Below are positions 19,896 to 30,166 of a DNA stretch of 64,000 nt, in pieces (position 1 is the stretch's first letter; each line of letters starts with the position of its first letter). Both the position numbers and the translations under genes were made by a program. The DNA is from Bacteroidota bacterium (GTDB lineage Bacteria > Bacteroidota > Ignavibacteria > Kryptoniales > JAKASW01): assembly GCA_021825585.1 (NCBI GenBank), contig JAKAGT010000022.1:2807-66806 (forward strand), written 5' to 3'. The notes under the pieces were generated by a model. That model did not search any database. It was not told where the DNA came from and saw only the letters and a program-made list of their open reading frames with translations.

Positions 19896-20909
19896 TCAAT
19901 AAACCAGCAGTTTCTTCGACTCTTCTATTTGTTTAACTATCGAGCCGGCCACGGCGAGGACTTTCGTCGCTTCCTCGGGACTCACTGCAGTCGGTTTGTC
20001 CTCGATTATGCTGCTTGCAAAAAGTTCAAGTTCCATCTTGAGGGAGTTCACCTGCGGCGGCTCCGGCTGCTCATACGTTACCACACGTGCCGACTCGCCT
20101 ATTCCGATCGTGCCGAGATTCAGCCCGGCCGCCGCGGGTTGATCCGGCCTCACAGCCCGGTATACCTCGGCCATTCCTTCCGCGAAATCGATGGAAATGT
20201 AGGTGTCACGCTGAAACAGCCTCATTTTTCTCATCTGATGCTGAGAAATCCTGCTCGAAGTCAGATTCGCGACTGCCCCGTTTGCAAACCTGATTCGGGC
20301 ATTCGCAATATCTACAGTATCCGAAATCACCCCGACGCCGCTTGCGTCGATGCTCGCGACAGGGCTGTTTATGAAACTGAGTATGAGGTCTATGTCATGA
20401 ACCATCAGATCCAGAACCACCGCCACGTCGATTCCCCGGGGCTTAAACTGTGCAAGACGATGCGACTCGATAAACATCGGCTCGAGTTTCAGATGCGAAA
20501 GAGCAAGGACCGCCGGATTGAATCTCTCTACGTGTCCTACCTGTACTTTGACGTTCTTCTCACTCGCGAGTTTGCAGATCGACTCGGCTTCTTCCACCGT
20601 GGTCGTTATCGGCTTCTCAATGAAGCAATGCTTGCCGTCGTTAATCAGGCGGGAGGCCAGCTCATAATGAAAACTCGTCGGCGCAACTATGGATACTGCT
20701 TCGACCGACTTCATCATTTCGTCCACCGAGCCGAAAGCTCTTACTCCCAATTCGGCGGCGATGCTTTCGGACCTGGCGCTGTCGACATCAAAAACTCCCA
20801 CGAGATTCACCGACACTACCTGCCGGAACAAACGCGCATGAGTCTGGCCGAGATGTCCGACCCCGATTACACCAACGTTTACCTTGTCTTCCATTTCTTT
20901 TCTCTGCAT
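19896..20909 (-). CDS. Gfo/Idh/MocA-family NAD(P)-dependent oxidoreductase
   Basis: 337 aa. N-terminal VNVGVIGVGHLGQTHARLF Rossmann loop. EKP motif (FIEKPIT). The start may be the second Met (20894). Confidence 0.8.
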   Translation of the reverse strand: MQRKEMEDKVNVGVIGVGHLGQTHARLFRQVVSVNLVGVFDVDSARSESIAAELGVRAFGSVDEMMKSVEAVSIVAPTSFHYELASRLINDGKHCFIEKPITTTVEEAESICKLASEKNVKVQVGHVERFNPAVLALSHLKLEPMFIESHRLAQFKPRGIDVAVVLDLMVHDIDLILSFINSPVASIDASGVGVISDTVDIANARIRFANGAVANLTSSRISQHQMRKMRLFQRDTYISIDFAEGMAEVYRAVRPDQPAAAGLNLGTIGIGESARVVTYEQPEPPQVNSLKMELELFASSIIEDKPTAVSPEEATKVLAVAGSIVKQIEESKKLLVY

Positions 20910-22246
20910 TCTATGACTTGAACAAAATAGTCCTGCCCGTTCTCAATGTATCTTGTGCTGAACAATGCCCGGCAGTTCCCCGAAGGGGCGTCGACTCGTG
21001 ATCTTCTCCTGGTCACAAAGATCGTCGGAAAACCGGAGATCATCGGATTCCACACCGGAAGGGGTTGGCCCTCGACGGCGTAAACAGGCCTCCCGAGTTT
21101 TACGGACAATTCGGCGGGAGCAAAATTGCTTACAAGCATTGAGTTCCCCCCAAGCGGCATGATCGATTCCACCACATCCTGAATTGCTTCGCTCTTCTGA
21201 ATGCTGTCTCCCAGCACAACATCCTTGAGGAAAGTATTATTGGCATAAATATCGCCGAAAAGGAACAGCATGACGAAGACAAAAACGAAAGTATCGGGCG
21301 ATACCAGTTTGAACCTCCACAGTGAAGCAAAGCCCTGTAGAAAAAACATTCCTAGCACTGAAGATACTGTAAGTGCGAAGAGAAAATTCAGCGTGGAGGG
21401 CTGGACAATACATAAGGCACACGACGTAATCCACATCATCAGTGTGTGAAAGTGGGTCCTGTAAACGTCATAACGCTTTTTCACTATCAGGTAAAGTACT
21501 CCGGCAAAGTTCAAAACATTCACGACAATCAGTGGGGCGACGCCCACGAACGCCCATTTCAGATCGCTGTCACCAAGCGGTATTGAAAACATTCCGGAAT
21601 TCCCCGAATAGACGGAATAGAAGAAAACGAGGAGTGCCACCGCGAAAAATCCGGCAGCCGCCGACAGCAGTCTCTGGACAAGCTTGTTTCTGTCTTCCAG
21701 GTTCTGGAGCAGGTCGAGAATCACGATGAGAAACATGATCAGTCCGGGAAGGTTCGCAGCAAAAGCGGCACCGGCCAAAATCCCACCGAAGATATATTCA
21801 TTCCGGTACAGAGCCATGAGGAAGAGCGTTGCGATAGTGGCACCTATGGCCGCCGGCCCTCCCGAGACGGCTGCAACCACGGCGAAAGGCGACAAAGCAG
21901 CAAGGAAGACGGACAGGAAACCCCAGAATTTCTGTCCAAGCACATAATTTATCAGCCTGTAAAGGAGGACAAAATTTATCACAATAATTATTACGCCGAC
22001 GAGCCGCAGAAACTCAATTGAGTGCGGCATTATCATCCTGTTTATCAGCCCGAAGAAATCCCAGAAGATAGAGCGACTCGAACCGACGCTTTGGAACAGC
22101 GCCGAACGAATTACATCCTGCTGTGCCACATAGGCAAAAACCGCCGACAATTCTATTTCCCGAAACCGCCAGTACGTCAGGAGCGCTATAAGCAGAGCGG
22201 CTCCGGCAAAGTAACGGGAATATCTGTCGAATTGTGAGAAGTTCAT
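20879..22246 (-). CDS. polytopic integral membrane protein with C-terminal soluble domain; possibly a GT-C-like glycosyltransferase (weak)
   Basis: The track ORF is 20879..22318. I start at MNFSQFDRYS (complement of 22246-22244), which overlaps the HAD stop as ATGA. There are at least 9 hydrophobic helices. The context (wecB, HAD, oxidoreductase) suggests envelope glycan work. The function call rests on context only. Confidence 0.45.
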   Translation of the reverse strand: MNFSQFDRYSRYFAGAALLIALLTYWRFREIELSAVFAYVAQQDVIRSALFQSVGSSRSIFWDFFGLINRMIMPHSIEFLRLVGVIIIVINFVLLYRLINYVLGQKFWGFLSVFLAALSPFAVVAAVSGGPAAIGATIATLFLMALYRNEYIFGGILAGAAFAANLPGLIMFLIVILDLLQNLEDRNKLVQRLLSAAAGFFAVALLVFFYSVYSGNSGMFSIPLGDSDLKWAFVGVAPLIVVNVLNFAGVLYLIVKKRYDVYRTHFHTLMMWITSCALCIVQPSTLNFLFALTVSSVLGMFFLQGFASLWRFKLVSPDTFVFVFVMLFLFGDIYANNTFLKDVVLGDSIQKSEAIQDVVESIMPLGGNSMLVSNFAPAELSVKLGRPVYAVEGQPLPVWNPMISGFPTIFVTRRRSRVDAPSGNCRALFSTRYIENGQDYFVQVIECREKKWKTR

Positions 22247-22926
22247 CGGATATCGTTTTGAACACTTCCGTCTAAGAGAACGGCCGAGAGTTCTTCCACC
22301 GAAGACACCTTGACGCAATCGATATTATCGAACCTGTTTTTCGCAAGGCCGTCGTACAGCGCGGCGACAAAATGAGTTCCCGCCGACGAGGCGGCCTTGT
22401 AGTCCGACAAAGAGTCACCGACCACCACCGCCCTGGAAGATTCGATCCCAAGTCGGCTGAGCGCCAGTTCGACTCCTTCCGGGTTGGGTTTATGATTTGT
22501 GACCACGGAGCCCGTGACTATTATGTCGAATATCTCCATCAGCCCATGATACTTCAGCGTCAGCTCCGTGGTATTGCTTCCTTTCCCGGTGAATATGGCG
22601 AGGCGCGTTCCGGCTCGTCTCAACTCGGTCGTCAATTCCACTATACCGGAGAAGAGGTGCGTCTGGGAGAGATGATTCTCGTAAAAATCCAGGTAATCGC
22701 GCCACACGTTATCAAAATCATCGCTGCCCAGTATGTTCTTAATCGCTATCTCCTCCGGCGGCCCGAAGTAGTGCATAATCTCCTTTGGTGTCAACTCCAG
22801 TGATTTATATTTTCGCATTATAAAATTGAAACTGTCGAAAATCAGCTGGCTCGTATCGGCCAGCGTTCCGTCAAGGTCAAAAATCACGAGTTCAAATTTC
22901 CCGGCCTTCACTATCGCAGATTCCAT
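22243..22926 (-). CDS. HAD-superfamily hydrolase (phosphoglycolate-phosphatase-like)
   Basis: 227 aa. Motif I VIFDLDGTLADT, motif II TGK, motif IV VVGDSLSD. Confidence 0.8.
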   Translation of the reverse strand: MESAIVKAGKFELVIFDLDGTLADTSQLIFDSFNFIMRKYKSLELTPKEIMHYFGPPEEIAIKNILGSDDFDNVWRDYLDFYENHLSQTHLFSGIVELTTELRRAGTRLAIFTGKGSNTTELTLKYHGLMEIFDIIVTGSVVTNHKPNPEGVELALSRLGIESSRAVVVGDSLSDYKAASSAGTHFVAALYDGLAKNRFDNIDCVKVSSVEELSAVLLDGSVQNDIR

Positions 22927-24063
22927 TCAATCATTCAGTCCGCCGAAGTAATGGTTCAGTATTCCGACGATTCTCTCCGAGGCTTTGCCGTCGCCGTAAG
23001 GGTTGTGCGCGCGGCTCATTTGCGCGTACACCTCCGCATCTTCGAGAAGGACTGAAACGCCTTCGACGATTTTCTTTTTGTCGGTCCCGACCAGCCTGAC
23101 AGTTCCGGCATCAACTGCCTCGGGCCGTTCTGTCGTATCGCGCATCACCAGCACCGGCTTCCCGAGCGACGGAGCTTCTTCCTGTACACCGCCGGAGTCG
23201 GTCAGGACCATGTATGATTTGTCCATCGCGTATATGAACGGTTCATAATCAAGCGGCTCGACGAGATGCACGTTGCGAATACCGTGCAGAATCTCATTGA
23301 CCGGCTTGCGCACGTTGGGATTGAAATGCACGGGATAAAGGAACTCGACGTCACCGTATTTCAGTGCCAGGTCCCTGATCGATTCACAGATACTTAGAAA
23401 TCCCTCGCCGAAATTCTCCCTGCGATGACCCGTTATGAGCACCATCTTCCTTCCGAAATCCACGCCTTTGAAAAGCCGGTCATAGTCCGGTTTTGAGCTT
23501 CTAAGCAATGCTGCAACATGGAACAGTGCGTCTATTACCGTGTTTCCGGTCACGAAAATATTTTCTGCCGGTACGTTCTCCCTGATCAGGTTGTCGCGCG
23601 ACCATTGCGTGGGAGCGAGATGGATATCGGCTATGACACTCGTCATCCTCCTGTTGATCTCTTCCGGGAAAGGGGCAAACTTATTGTTCGTCCTCAATCC
23701 GGCTTCGAGATGCGCCACCCGGGTGCGGGCATAATAGGCCGCCAGTGCGCCGGCAAATGTCGTGGTTGTATCTCCCTGCACCATAACCAGGTCCGGTTTT
23801 TCAGCCGCAAGGACCTCCTGCAGCTTCGACATAATTCTCGCAGTTATATCGAAAAGGCTCTGGTTGGACGTCATGATGTTGAGGTCATGGTCGGGCTTTA
23901 TCCGAAAAATTTCCAGTACCTGATCGAGCATCTGCCTGTGTTGTGCGGTCACGCAGATTCGCACCTCGAATTCACCCGATTTCCCCATCTCATTAATGAG
24001 CGGAGCCATTTTTATAGCCTCGGGCCTAGTACCGAATATGAACAGAACTCTTTTTTTCATCAC
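22927..24063 (-). CDS. wecB: UDP-N-acetylglucosamine 2-epimerase (non-hydrolysing)
   Basis: 378 aa. MKKRVLFIFGTRPEAIKMAPL ... VQGDTTT ... HLEAGLRT ... TDSGGVQEEAPSLGKPVLVMRDTTERPE are the canonical WecB/MnaA motifs. Confidence 0.9.
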   Translation of the reverse strand: MMKKRVLFIFGTRPEAIKMAPLINEMGKSGEFEVRICVTAQHRQMLDQVLEIFRIKPDHDLNIMTSNQSLFDITARIMSKLQEVLAAEKPDLVMVQGDTTTTFAGALAAYYARTRVAHLEAGLRTNNKFAPFPEEINRRMTSVIADIHLAPTQWSRDNLIRENVPAENIFVTGNTVIDALFHVAALLRSSKPDYDRLFKGVDFGRKMVLITGHRRENFGEGFLSICESIRDLALKYGDVEFLYPVHFNPNVRKPVNEILHGIRNVHLVEPLDYEPFIYAMDKSYMVLTDSGGVQEEAPSLGKPVLVMRDTTERPEAVDAGTVRLVGTDKKKIVEGVSVLLEDAEVYAQMSRAHNPYGDGKASERIVGILNHYFGGLND

Positions 24064-24196
24064 CCTTTTGATTCAAGCTTGGATTACGTCACAATTTAGC
24101 CATTTTATCCCATAGTTCCGTCCACAGGCGGAAAGAATTCCACAAGCGGAGCCTGAACAATGAGATGAAAACTCTATCTGCTTTTACGTCCGGGGG

Positions 24197-24703
24197 CTAG
24201 GATTTTAATGCGGCAAGAGCGTCTGTCAGCTTCCTGAAAGTATCCTGCAGACCCTCTGAAATTACTTTTGAATCCGCAAGCACCGGCATGAAATTACTAT
24301 CACCGTTCCATCTCGGCACGATGTGAAAATGGACGTGTTCATAGATTCCGGCGCCGCTCACTCTTCCGAGATTTGCGCCGAAATTGAAGCCTTCAGGATG
24401 TGAGGTCAGACGAAGCAGCTTGATGGCGGTTCGGACCTGACGCATTACATCGATGCCTTCATCGTCTGTCAGTTCCTCGAAGGAGGCCTTGTGAGCGTTC
24501 GGCACAATCATTAGGTGACCGCTGTTGTACGGATAAATGTTCATAATGATTGCCGACAGCGAGCTGCGGGATATGATCAGATTCTTTTCATCGTCGTGTT
24601 CGGAGAGCTTCTCGCAGAACACGCAGACACTTTCTTTGCCGTTCTCCTTTTTGGAGAAGGACTCTATGTATTTAGACCGCCACGGCGACCACAATCGTTC
24701 CAT
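24197..24703 (-). CDS. HIT-family nucleotide hydrolase/transferase (Ap4A-phosphorylase-like)
   Basis: 168 aa. Histidine triad HVHFHIVPR. N-terminal LWSPWRSKYI is typical of the GalT-like HIT branch. Confidence 0.75.
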   Translation of the reverse strand: MERLWSPWRSKYIESFSKKENGKESVCVFCEKLSEHDDEKNLIISRSSLSAIIMNIYPYNSGHLMIVPNAHKASFEELTDDEGIDVMRQVRTAIKLLRLTSHPEGFNFGANLGRVSGAGIYEHVHFHIVPRWNGDSNFMPVLADSKVISEGLQDTFRKLTDALAALKS

Positions 24704-24768
24704 TGGTTTTTATCTTATGTTTCACATTTTGATTATCGATTCCGGGACTCGGGCTTTGGCACCTGCAC

Positions 24769-26865
24769 CTATTCCTGTTCCACCTTCTCTTTTTGTGCAT
24801 TTGCTATGATCTTCTCGGCAACTTCCTTCGGAACTTCCTCATAATGCGAGAATTTCTGTCTGAAGATCCCCCGCCCCTGCGTCATACTCCTCAGGATGTT
24901 GGCATATTTATAAAGCTCTTTGAGCGGGACCTGGGCGCGTATTTTCTGGTTGACCCCTTCGGCTTCCATCCCGAGTATCTTGCCTCGCCTGCCGGAAATA
25001 TCTCCCATGATATCTCCCATATGCTCGTCGGGCACGAGAACCTCCAGCTCGTAAATCGGCTCGAGGAGAATCGGCCTGGCCTCCTTGAAACCTTTTCGGA
25101 AAGCCATCGAACCCGCAATCTTGAACGATATTTCGTCGGAATCTACCGGATGGGACGTGCCGTCGAACAGAGCAACCCTGACGTCAACCACCTTGTGTCC
25201 CGATATCACTCCCCGTTCCATCGCCTCAACCACACCCTTTTCGACCGCAGGAATGAATCTTCCCGGCACAACTCCGCCGACGACTGCATCCACGAATTCG
25301 AACCCCGTACCTCTCGGCAACGGTTCCAGTTTTAAGTGCACATGACCGTACTGTCCGCGCCCGCCCGATTGCTTCTTGTGCTTGTATTCGGAATCCGCAG
25401 CGACACCCCTTATCGTTTCGCGGTAAGGTACATCCGGTTCGACCATATCGACTTCGACTCCATAACGCTCCTTGAGTCTCTTCGTCACAACCTGCAGGTG
25501 CATCTCCCCCTGTCCGCTGAGAACAGTCTGGCTCAATTCCGGATCAACTTCAACAAGAAACGTCGGATCTTCCTCATGCAATGCGTGCAATCCGGAAGCG
25601 ACCTTGTCCTCATCATGGCGATTCTTCGAGACTATGGCCACCCTCATGATCGGTTCCGGGAATTCAATCTTCTTCATGACGATGGAAGAACTCTTGCCGC
25701 TCAGAGTGTTGTTGGTGTGGGTGTCCTTAAGTTTGACCACGGCTGCGATGTCGCCGGCGATAACCTTTGATATTTCCTTCCTGTCCTTGCCGTTCAGAAC
25801 GTAGATGGTGCCAAGACGTTCCGATTTGCCGTTCACCTGATTGACGAGGTCCATCCCAGGCATCACGATTCCGGAATAGACCCTGAAGAGGGAAAGTTCT
25901 CCGATGTTTCTTTCCGAAATTGTCTTAAAGATGAACAGTGCGGTGTCCGCGCCGGGATCGCACCCAACTCTGACTTCTTCGTGAGTACCGTTTGCCTTGT
26001 AGCCGAGTGCTTCAGGCGCAGCGTCCGGCGAAGGCGCATATTCGGCGACAAAATCAAGGATCGAGGTAACGCCGGCCAACTGCTGGCCCGCGGAAGCAAA
26101 GACCGGGAATATCTTCCGCTCGACGAGAGCCTTCCTCAATCCCGTTCTGATTTGTTCCCCGGTCAACTCACCGTTCTCGAGAAACGCATTGAGAAGGTTT
26201 TCGTCCGTTTCAGAAAGTTTCTCGATCAACTCCTCACGATATTTGTCGGCAGCCTGTCTGGCCGATGCGGGCACGTCTTCCTCTTTGTACCTGCCTCTGT
26301 CGGCCGGATCGAATCGAAGCAATTTCATTTTCAGGACATCGACTACCGCGTTGAAGCCGGTCCCCTCGTTAAGGGGGAACTGGATTACAGCCGCGTCGTG
26401 CGTCAGTTTGTCGCCGATCTGCTGTAATACCTTCTCGAAGTTCGAATGCTCCGCATCTACCTTGTCCACAACAAAGAGGGTCGCATTCCTGTATTCTTTC
26501 GTGAAACTCCAGTCGATTTCGGTCCCCACCTCGATCCCCTCGACCGATTTGACAAGGACAATTGCAATGTCTGATACTCGCAGCGCTGCCTTGACCTCGC
26601 CCATGAAATCCGGATAACCCGGGGGATCGACAATGTTAAATTTCAAATCGCGCCAGTCAGCATGGAGAAGTGAGGTGCTTACCGAGATTTTTCTCTCTAT
26701 CTCATCATGGTTATAATCGGAGACCGTGTTTCCCTCGGCTATTGAGCCCATGCGGTTTGTGACACCGGCAGCAAAAAGGATTGCCTCAGCGAAGGTGGTC
26801 TTTCCGGATCCGCCGTGGCCAACTAGAGAAATGTTTCTTAGATTGGATGAGACGTACTCCTTCAC
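24769..26865 (-). CDS. elongation factor G paralog (EF-G2-like translational GTPase)
   Basis: 698 aa. The G1 loop is GHGGSGKTT rather than the AHIDAGKTT of canonical EF-G. DPPGYPDF (G3) is present. EF-G domains II-V are recognisable (GELSLFRVYSG..., ...YGHV...). Confidence 0.8.
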   Translation of the reverse strand: MKEYVSSNLRNISLVGHGGSGKTTFAEAILFAAGVTNRMGSIAEGNTVSDYNHDEIERKISVSTSLLHADWRDLKFNIVDPPGYPDFMGEVKAALRVSDIAIVLVKSVEGIEVGTEIDWSFTKEYRNATLFVVDKVDAEHSNFEKVLQQIGDKLTHDAAVIQFPLNEGTGFNAVVDVLKMKLLRFDPADRGRYKEEDVPASARQAADKYREELIEKLSETDENLLNAFLENGELTGEQIRTGLRKALVERKIFPVFASAGQQLAGVTSILDFVAEYAPSPDAAPEALGYKANGTHEEVRVGCDPGADTALFIFKTISERNIGELSLFRVYSGIVMPGMDLVNQVNGKSERLGTIYVLNGKDRKEISKVIAGDIAAVVKLKDTHTNNTLSGKSSSIVMKKIEFPEPIMRVAIVSKNRHDEDKVASGLHALHEEDPTFLVEVDPELSQTVLSGQGEMHLQVVTKRLKERYGVEVDMVEPDVPYRETIRGVAADSEYKHKKQSGGRGQYGHVHLKLEPLPRGTGFEFVDAVVGGVVPGRFIPAVEKGVVEAMERGVISGHKVVDVRVALFDGTSHPVDSDEISFKIAGSMAFRKGFKEARPILLEPIYELEVLVPDEHMGDIMGDISGRRGKILGMEAEGVNQKIRAQVPLKELYKYANILRSMTQGRGIFRQKFSHYEEVPKEVAEKIIANAQKEKVEQE

Positions 26866-26882
26866 GTAGAGCTCCTTTCAGT

Positions 26883-27269
26883 TTAGCTTTTTAGAACTCG
26901 CAGGAAAGTCTTGATTCCTTTTGCTATAGCAGCGACGTAATCGGCGGTTTCCATAACCGGGTCTTCAATTCTCGATTTGACTCTTCGTTCCAGTTCGACC
27001 AGCTCGTTGACTGCACCCACAAGCGAGTCCAGCGCCCCTTTGACGCTCGTGACTTCACCGTCGACGTTCTCAACGATTGCCCTGATCTTGCCCGTAATCA
27101 CGCCGGAGTTTTCAAGAAGTGGTGCTGAGACTTCCGAAATTTCCCTGACGGAACTCTCGATCTGATTGAGGACATGTTTTGTGTCCCTCATCAGTAAAAT
27201 TGAATAAATACCCGCGGCAGCGATCGCAAGCAGGGCAATCGAAGCAGCTATTAAAAATAATGTCTCCAC
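26883..27269 (-). CDS. DUF948-like membrane-anchored coiled-coil protein
   Basis: 128 aa. One N-terminal TM helix followed by helical repeats. Located beside the YtxH gene, a common pairing. Confidence 0.55.
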   Translation of the reverse strand: METLFLIAASIALLAIAAAGIYSILLMRDTKHVLNQIESSVREISEVSAPLLENSGVITGKIRAIVENVDGEVTSVKGALDSLVGAVNELVELERRVKSRIEDPVMETADYVAAIAKGIKTFLRVLKS

Positions 27270-27278
27270 GACATCCCC

Positions 27279-27659
27279 CTAACTTTTTTTGCTCCGTTCC
27301 TCTTTGAATGCGTCGGCCCCCGCTTTAACGGCAGCTTTAAACTTGCCTCCTTCCCCCTTTGCCTGATCCAGAACCTTCTCCGCATCCGAGACGATCGATC
27401 CGGCGAGTTGCTTCGCCTGGCCAACTATCTCGTCAGATTTCTTTTTCCCCTCATTGACGAGCTGTTCAGCCTTTGCCCGTGCCTGACGCAGCTGAGCCTG
27501 TGCAGTCTCTTTCAACTGAGTGGATTTCTTCTGTATGTCCTTGCGAAGATCCTGACCGGATTTAGGTGCAAGAAGCAGCGCCGTAACCGCCCCGATGGCA
27601 CTCCCTGCAATGAATCCCAGAAACAAGCCTTTCGCAAATCCATCTTCTTCGTGTGCCAT
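27279..27659 (-). CDS. YtxH-domain general-stress-type protein
   Basis: 126 aa. GLFLGFIAGSAIGAVTALLLAPKSGQDLRKD is the YtxH signature. The rest is K/A/E-rich helix. Confidence 0.75.
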   Translation of the reverse strand: MAHEEDGFAKGLFLGFIAGSAIGAVTALLLAPKSGQDLRKDIQKKSTQLKETAQAQLRQARAKAEQLVNEGKKKSDEIVGQAKQLAGSIVSDAEKVLDQAKGEGGKFKAAVKAGADAFKEERSKKS

Positions 27660-27791
27660 GATACACCTCCTGTTATTTTTGACTCAATTTCAAGTTATCA
27701 ACGGCTCCGGTAAAAATCAAGAAAAGGAGGCGGAAGGCAGCAGAAGTCTACTGAGTCTTAACCCGTCGAAACTCAGATGGTGCAATATCCT

Positions 27792-29180
27792 CTATTCGGA
27801 AACGGGCTGATGCCGAAGTTGATTCAGAGTTTTCTGTAGCTCGTCTTCATCAACAGTGGAGTCGGCCAGGTGACCCTGCATGTAATCGTCGTAGGCACTC
27901 ATATCGAAATGCCCGTGTCCGGACAGGTTGAAGACTATGACCTCTTTTTTACCTTCGGACTTAGCGCGCAGCGCCTCGTCGATTGCGGCACGGATCGCGT
28001 GTGATGATTCCGGTGCGGGAATGATTCCCTCGCTCTTTGCAAACTTCACCGCCGCGTCGAACACCTCGTTTTGAGAATACGCCACAGGATGAATCATTCC
28101 GCTGTTGACAAGAACGGAAACAATCGGCGCCACCCCGTGGTACCTGAGCCCTCCGGCATGAATTGCCGCAGGTACATACGCATGGCCGAGTGTATGCATC
28201 GATAACAGCGGAGTCAGACCGGCGGTGTCTCCGTAATCATATGTATACACCCCGCGCGTAAGAGTGGGGCAGGCGGTAGGCTCAACGGCGATCACTCGCA
28301 TGCCTTTAGCCCTCGCCTTCTCTTCCAGTATTTCCCGAATGAACGGGAAGGAGAAGCCTCCGAAATTCGAGCCGCCGCCCACACAGCCAATGAGTGTGTC
28401 CGGGTATTCATCGACCTTTTCAAGCTGCTTCAGCGTCTCCTCGCCGATCACAGTCTGGTGAAGAAGGACATGGTTCAGGACGCTTCCCAGCGAATATTTC
28501 GTCTCCGGATCGCTTGCGGCAACCTCCACCGCCTCGCTGATCGCCATTCCCAGGCTGCCGGGAGAATCCGGGTTCTGCTCGAAGAGCTCTTTCCCCGCCT
28601 TTGTCTCCTCACTCGGACTGGCGGTGACTTCGGCTCCCCAAAGCTGCATCATGGCACGACGATACGGCTTCTGGTCATAGGAAGACCTGACCATGAAGAC
28701 TTTGCAGCCGAGTTCGAAATAGTTGCAGGCCATGGACAACGCGCTTCCCCATTGTCCCGCGCCGGTCTCGGTCACCAGGCGCTTGACGCCTTCCAGCTTA
28801 TTATAGTATGCCTGTGCGATGGCAGTGTTTGACTTGTGGCTCCCGGTCGGACTGACGCTCTCATTCTTGAAATAAATATGTGCGGGTGTTTCGAGCAGTT
28901 CCTCGAGTCCGCGCGCACGTACCAGAGGAGTAGGACGCCACTTAAGATATACTTTCAGAATCTCTTCCGGTATTTTTATGAACCGTTCCTGGCTGACTTC
29001 CTGCTCGATCAGCCTCTGCGGGAATATTGCTCCCAATCTGTCGGGTGAAATCGGCTGCTGGGTCTGCGGATCAAGAGGCGGAAGCATCTTCCCCTTCAGG
29101 TCAGCAGCAATATTGTACCACTTCTTCGGAATCTCTCGTTCGCTGAGATATATTCTGTTGGGAACATATTTCGATTTCAT
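27792..29180 (-). CDS. TrpB2-type tryptophan synthase beta-like PLP enzyme
   Basis: 462 aa. PLP-lysine motif [21 protein letters not shown] phosphate loop. The long N-terminal extension is typical of TrpB2. No trpA or other trp genes are nearby. Confidence 0.8.
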   Translation of the reverse strand: MKSKYVPNRIYLSEREIPKKWYNIAADLKGKMLPPLDPQTQQPISPDRLGAIFPQRLIEQEVSQERFIKIPEEILKVYLKWRPTPLVRARGLEELLETPAHIYFKNESVSPTGSHKSNTAIAQAYYNKLEGVKRLVTETGAGQWGSALSMACNYFELGCKVFMVRSSYDQKPYRRAMMQLWGAEVTASPSEETKAGKELFEQNPDSPGSLGMAISEAVEVAASDPETKYSLGSVLNHVLLHQTVIGEETLKQLEKVDEYPDTLIGCVGGGSNFGGFSFPFIREILEEKARAKGMRVIAVEPTACPTLTRGVYTYDYGDTAGLTPLLSMHTLGHAYVPAAIHAGGLRYHGVAPIVSVLVNSGMIHPVAYSQNEVFDAAVKFAKSEGIIPAPESSHAIRAAIDEALRAKSEGKKEVIVFNLSGHGHFDMSAYDDYMQGHLADSTVDEDELQKTLNQLRHQPVSE

Positions 29181-29186
29181 TTTTCG

Positions 29187-30152
29187 TCAATCCTTACCAA
29201 GATTTGGTTTACCTGCGTTTACCCACGCAGTGTACCAGTATGAGGCAACTGCCCGAGTGGCGGCTCGCATCTGCGCTTCCACCATACCGTCAAGTGCAGC
29301 ACTGAACTTCCGGTAATACTTTTCGGAGTAAATATACTCTTTACGTCCGTTTCTCTCCTCGATCCGGTATAGCTTATCCTTCGGGATGCCGGCCTTCGCG
29401 ATGCTGTCGGCTGCGAAGATTTTGCCCAGAAGAGAATAACTGTGTGTCAGAATCTTGAGTGCGTGTCCTACCGGATGTTTAATATAAACGGCGCCCCCGA
29501 TGCCGGAAAAAGAATAAGTCTTCCCGTAGTGTGCGGGTACACCCGTCTCCCACCGATAATGAACTCCGATATGACCGTTAAACTGTCCGTCATAATTCTT
29601 TGTCGCATGAAGTGGCACGTGCATATCGGCGACATAGTGACCGAGGTCCGCAGAGAGGTGCAGTATCAGCGGTACGTCATGAGCTTTCATGGCTGCTGTC
29701 AGACTATCGATGTCCCATCCAACCCGCCAGGCCACCATGCCGTCTTTCATCACCGTCTCTTCGCCGTATTCTTTCACGGCTTCGTGATATCTGAGCGGAA
29801 CCTTGAAATCCGGATATGTCCCGTACTTATCCATATCCAGGTAATGATAATATCCTTCGTCTTTGACAATTCCCCTTCGAAGATCCGGATCGGAGGCGTG
29901 CGACATGACGTAGTCGGAATTTGCCGCATAAAACGCTCGCAGCGGTTCCGGAAGAAGGGTGACCGCTTCCTTGTTTATAACCTTATGAGCCCAGAACCCC
30001 CATCCAAAGGCAGCCTGGGAAATCAAGGTCAGGGAGGCAGATAGAAAAAGGAAAAGAGAGACTCGTTTGACTATTTGCAATGTTTTCCGTCCCTTGTGAG
30101 TTAGTGAAGACGCTGCCCGGTCCGCCGTGGAAGAATGGGCGGACCGGGACAA
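29187..30152 (-). CDS. secreted zinc-dependent phospholipase C / S1-P1 nuclease-fold protein
   Basis: 321 aa. The signal peptide ends ...LISQAAFG and is followed by WGFWAHK (W-G-x-x-x-H, the N-terminal zinc ligand arrangement). There are several H/D clusters (DLGHYVADMHVPLH). An alternative TTG start at 30080 would give a cleaner signal peptide. Confidence 0.55.
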   Translation of the reverse strand: MSRSAHSSTADRAASSLTHKGRKTLQIVKRVSLFLFLSASLTLISQAAFGWGFWAHKVINKEAVTLLPEPLRAFYAANSDYVMSHASDPDLRRGIVKDEGYYHYLDMDKYGTYPDFKVPLRYHEAVKEYGEETVMKDGMVAWRVGWDIDSLTAAMKAHDVPLILHLSADLGHYVADMHVPLHATKNYDGQFNGHIGVHYRWETGVPAHYGKTYSFSGIGGAVYIKHPVGHALKILTHSYSLLGKIFAADSIAKAGIPKDKLYRIEERNGRKEYIYSEKYYRKFSAALDGMVEAQMRAATRAVASYWYTAWVNAGKPNLGKD

Positions 30153-30166
30153 GAATCTAATCAGAA

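Noticed and set aside
19929-20921. 330-aa + strand ORF
   Set aside because: It is antisense to the well-supported Gfo/Idh/MocA oxidoreductase. It is Arg-rich and shows no domain signature.
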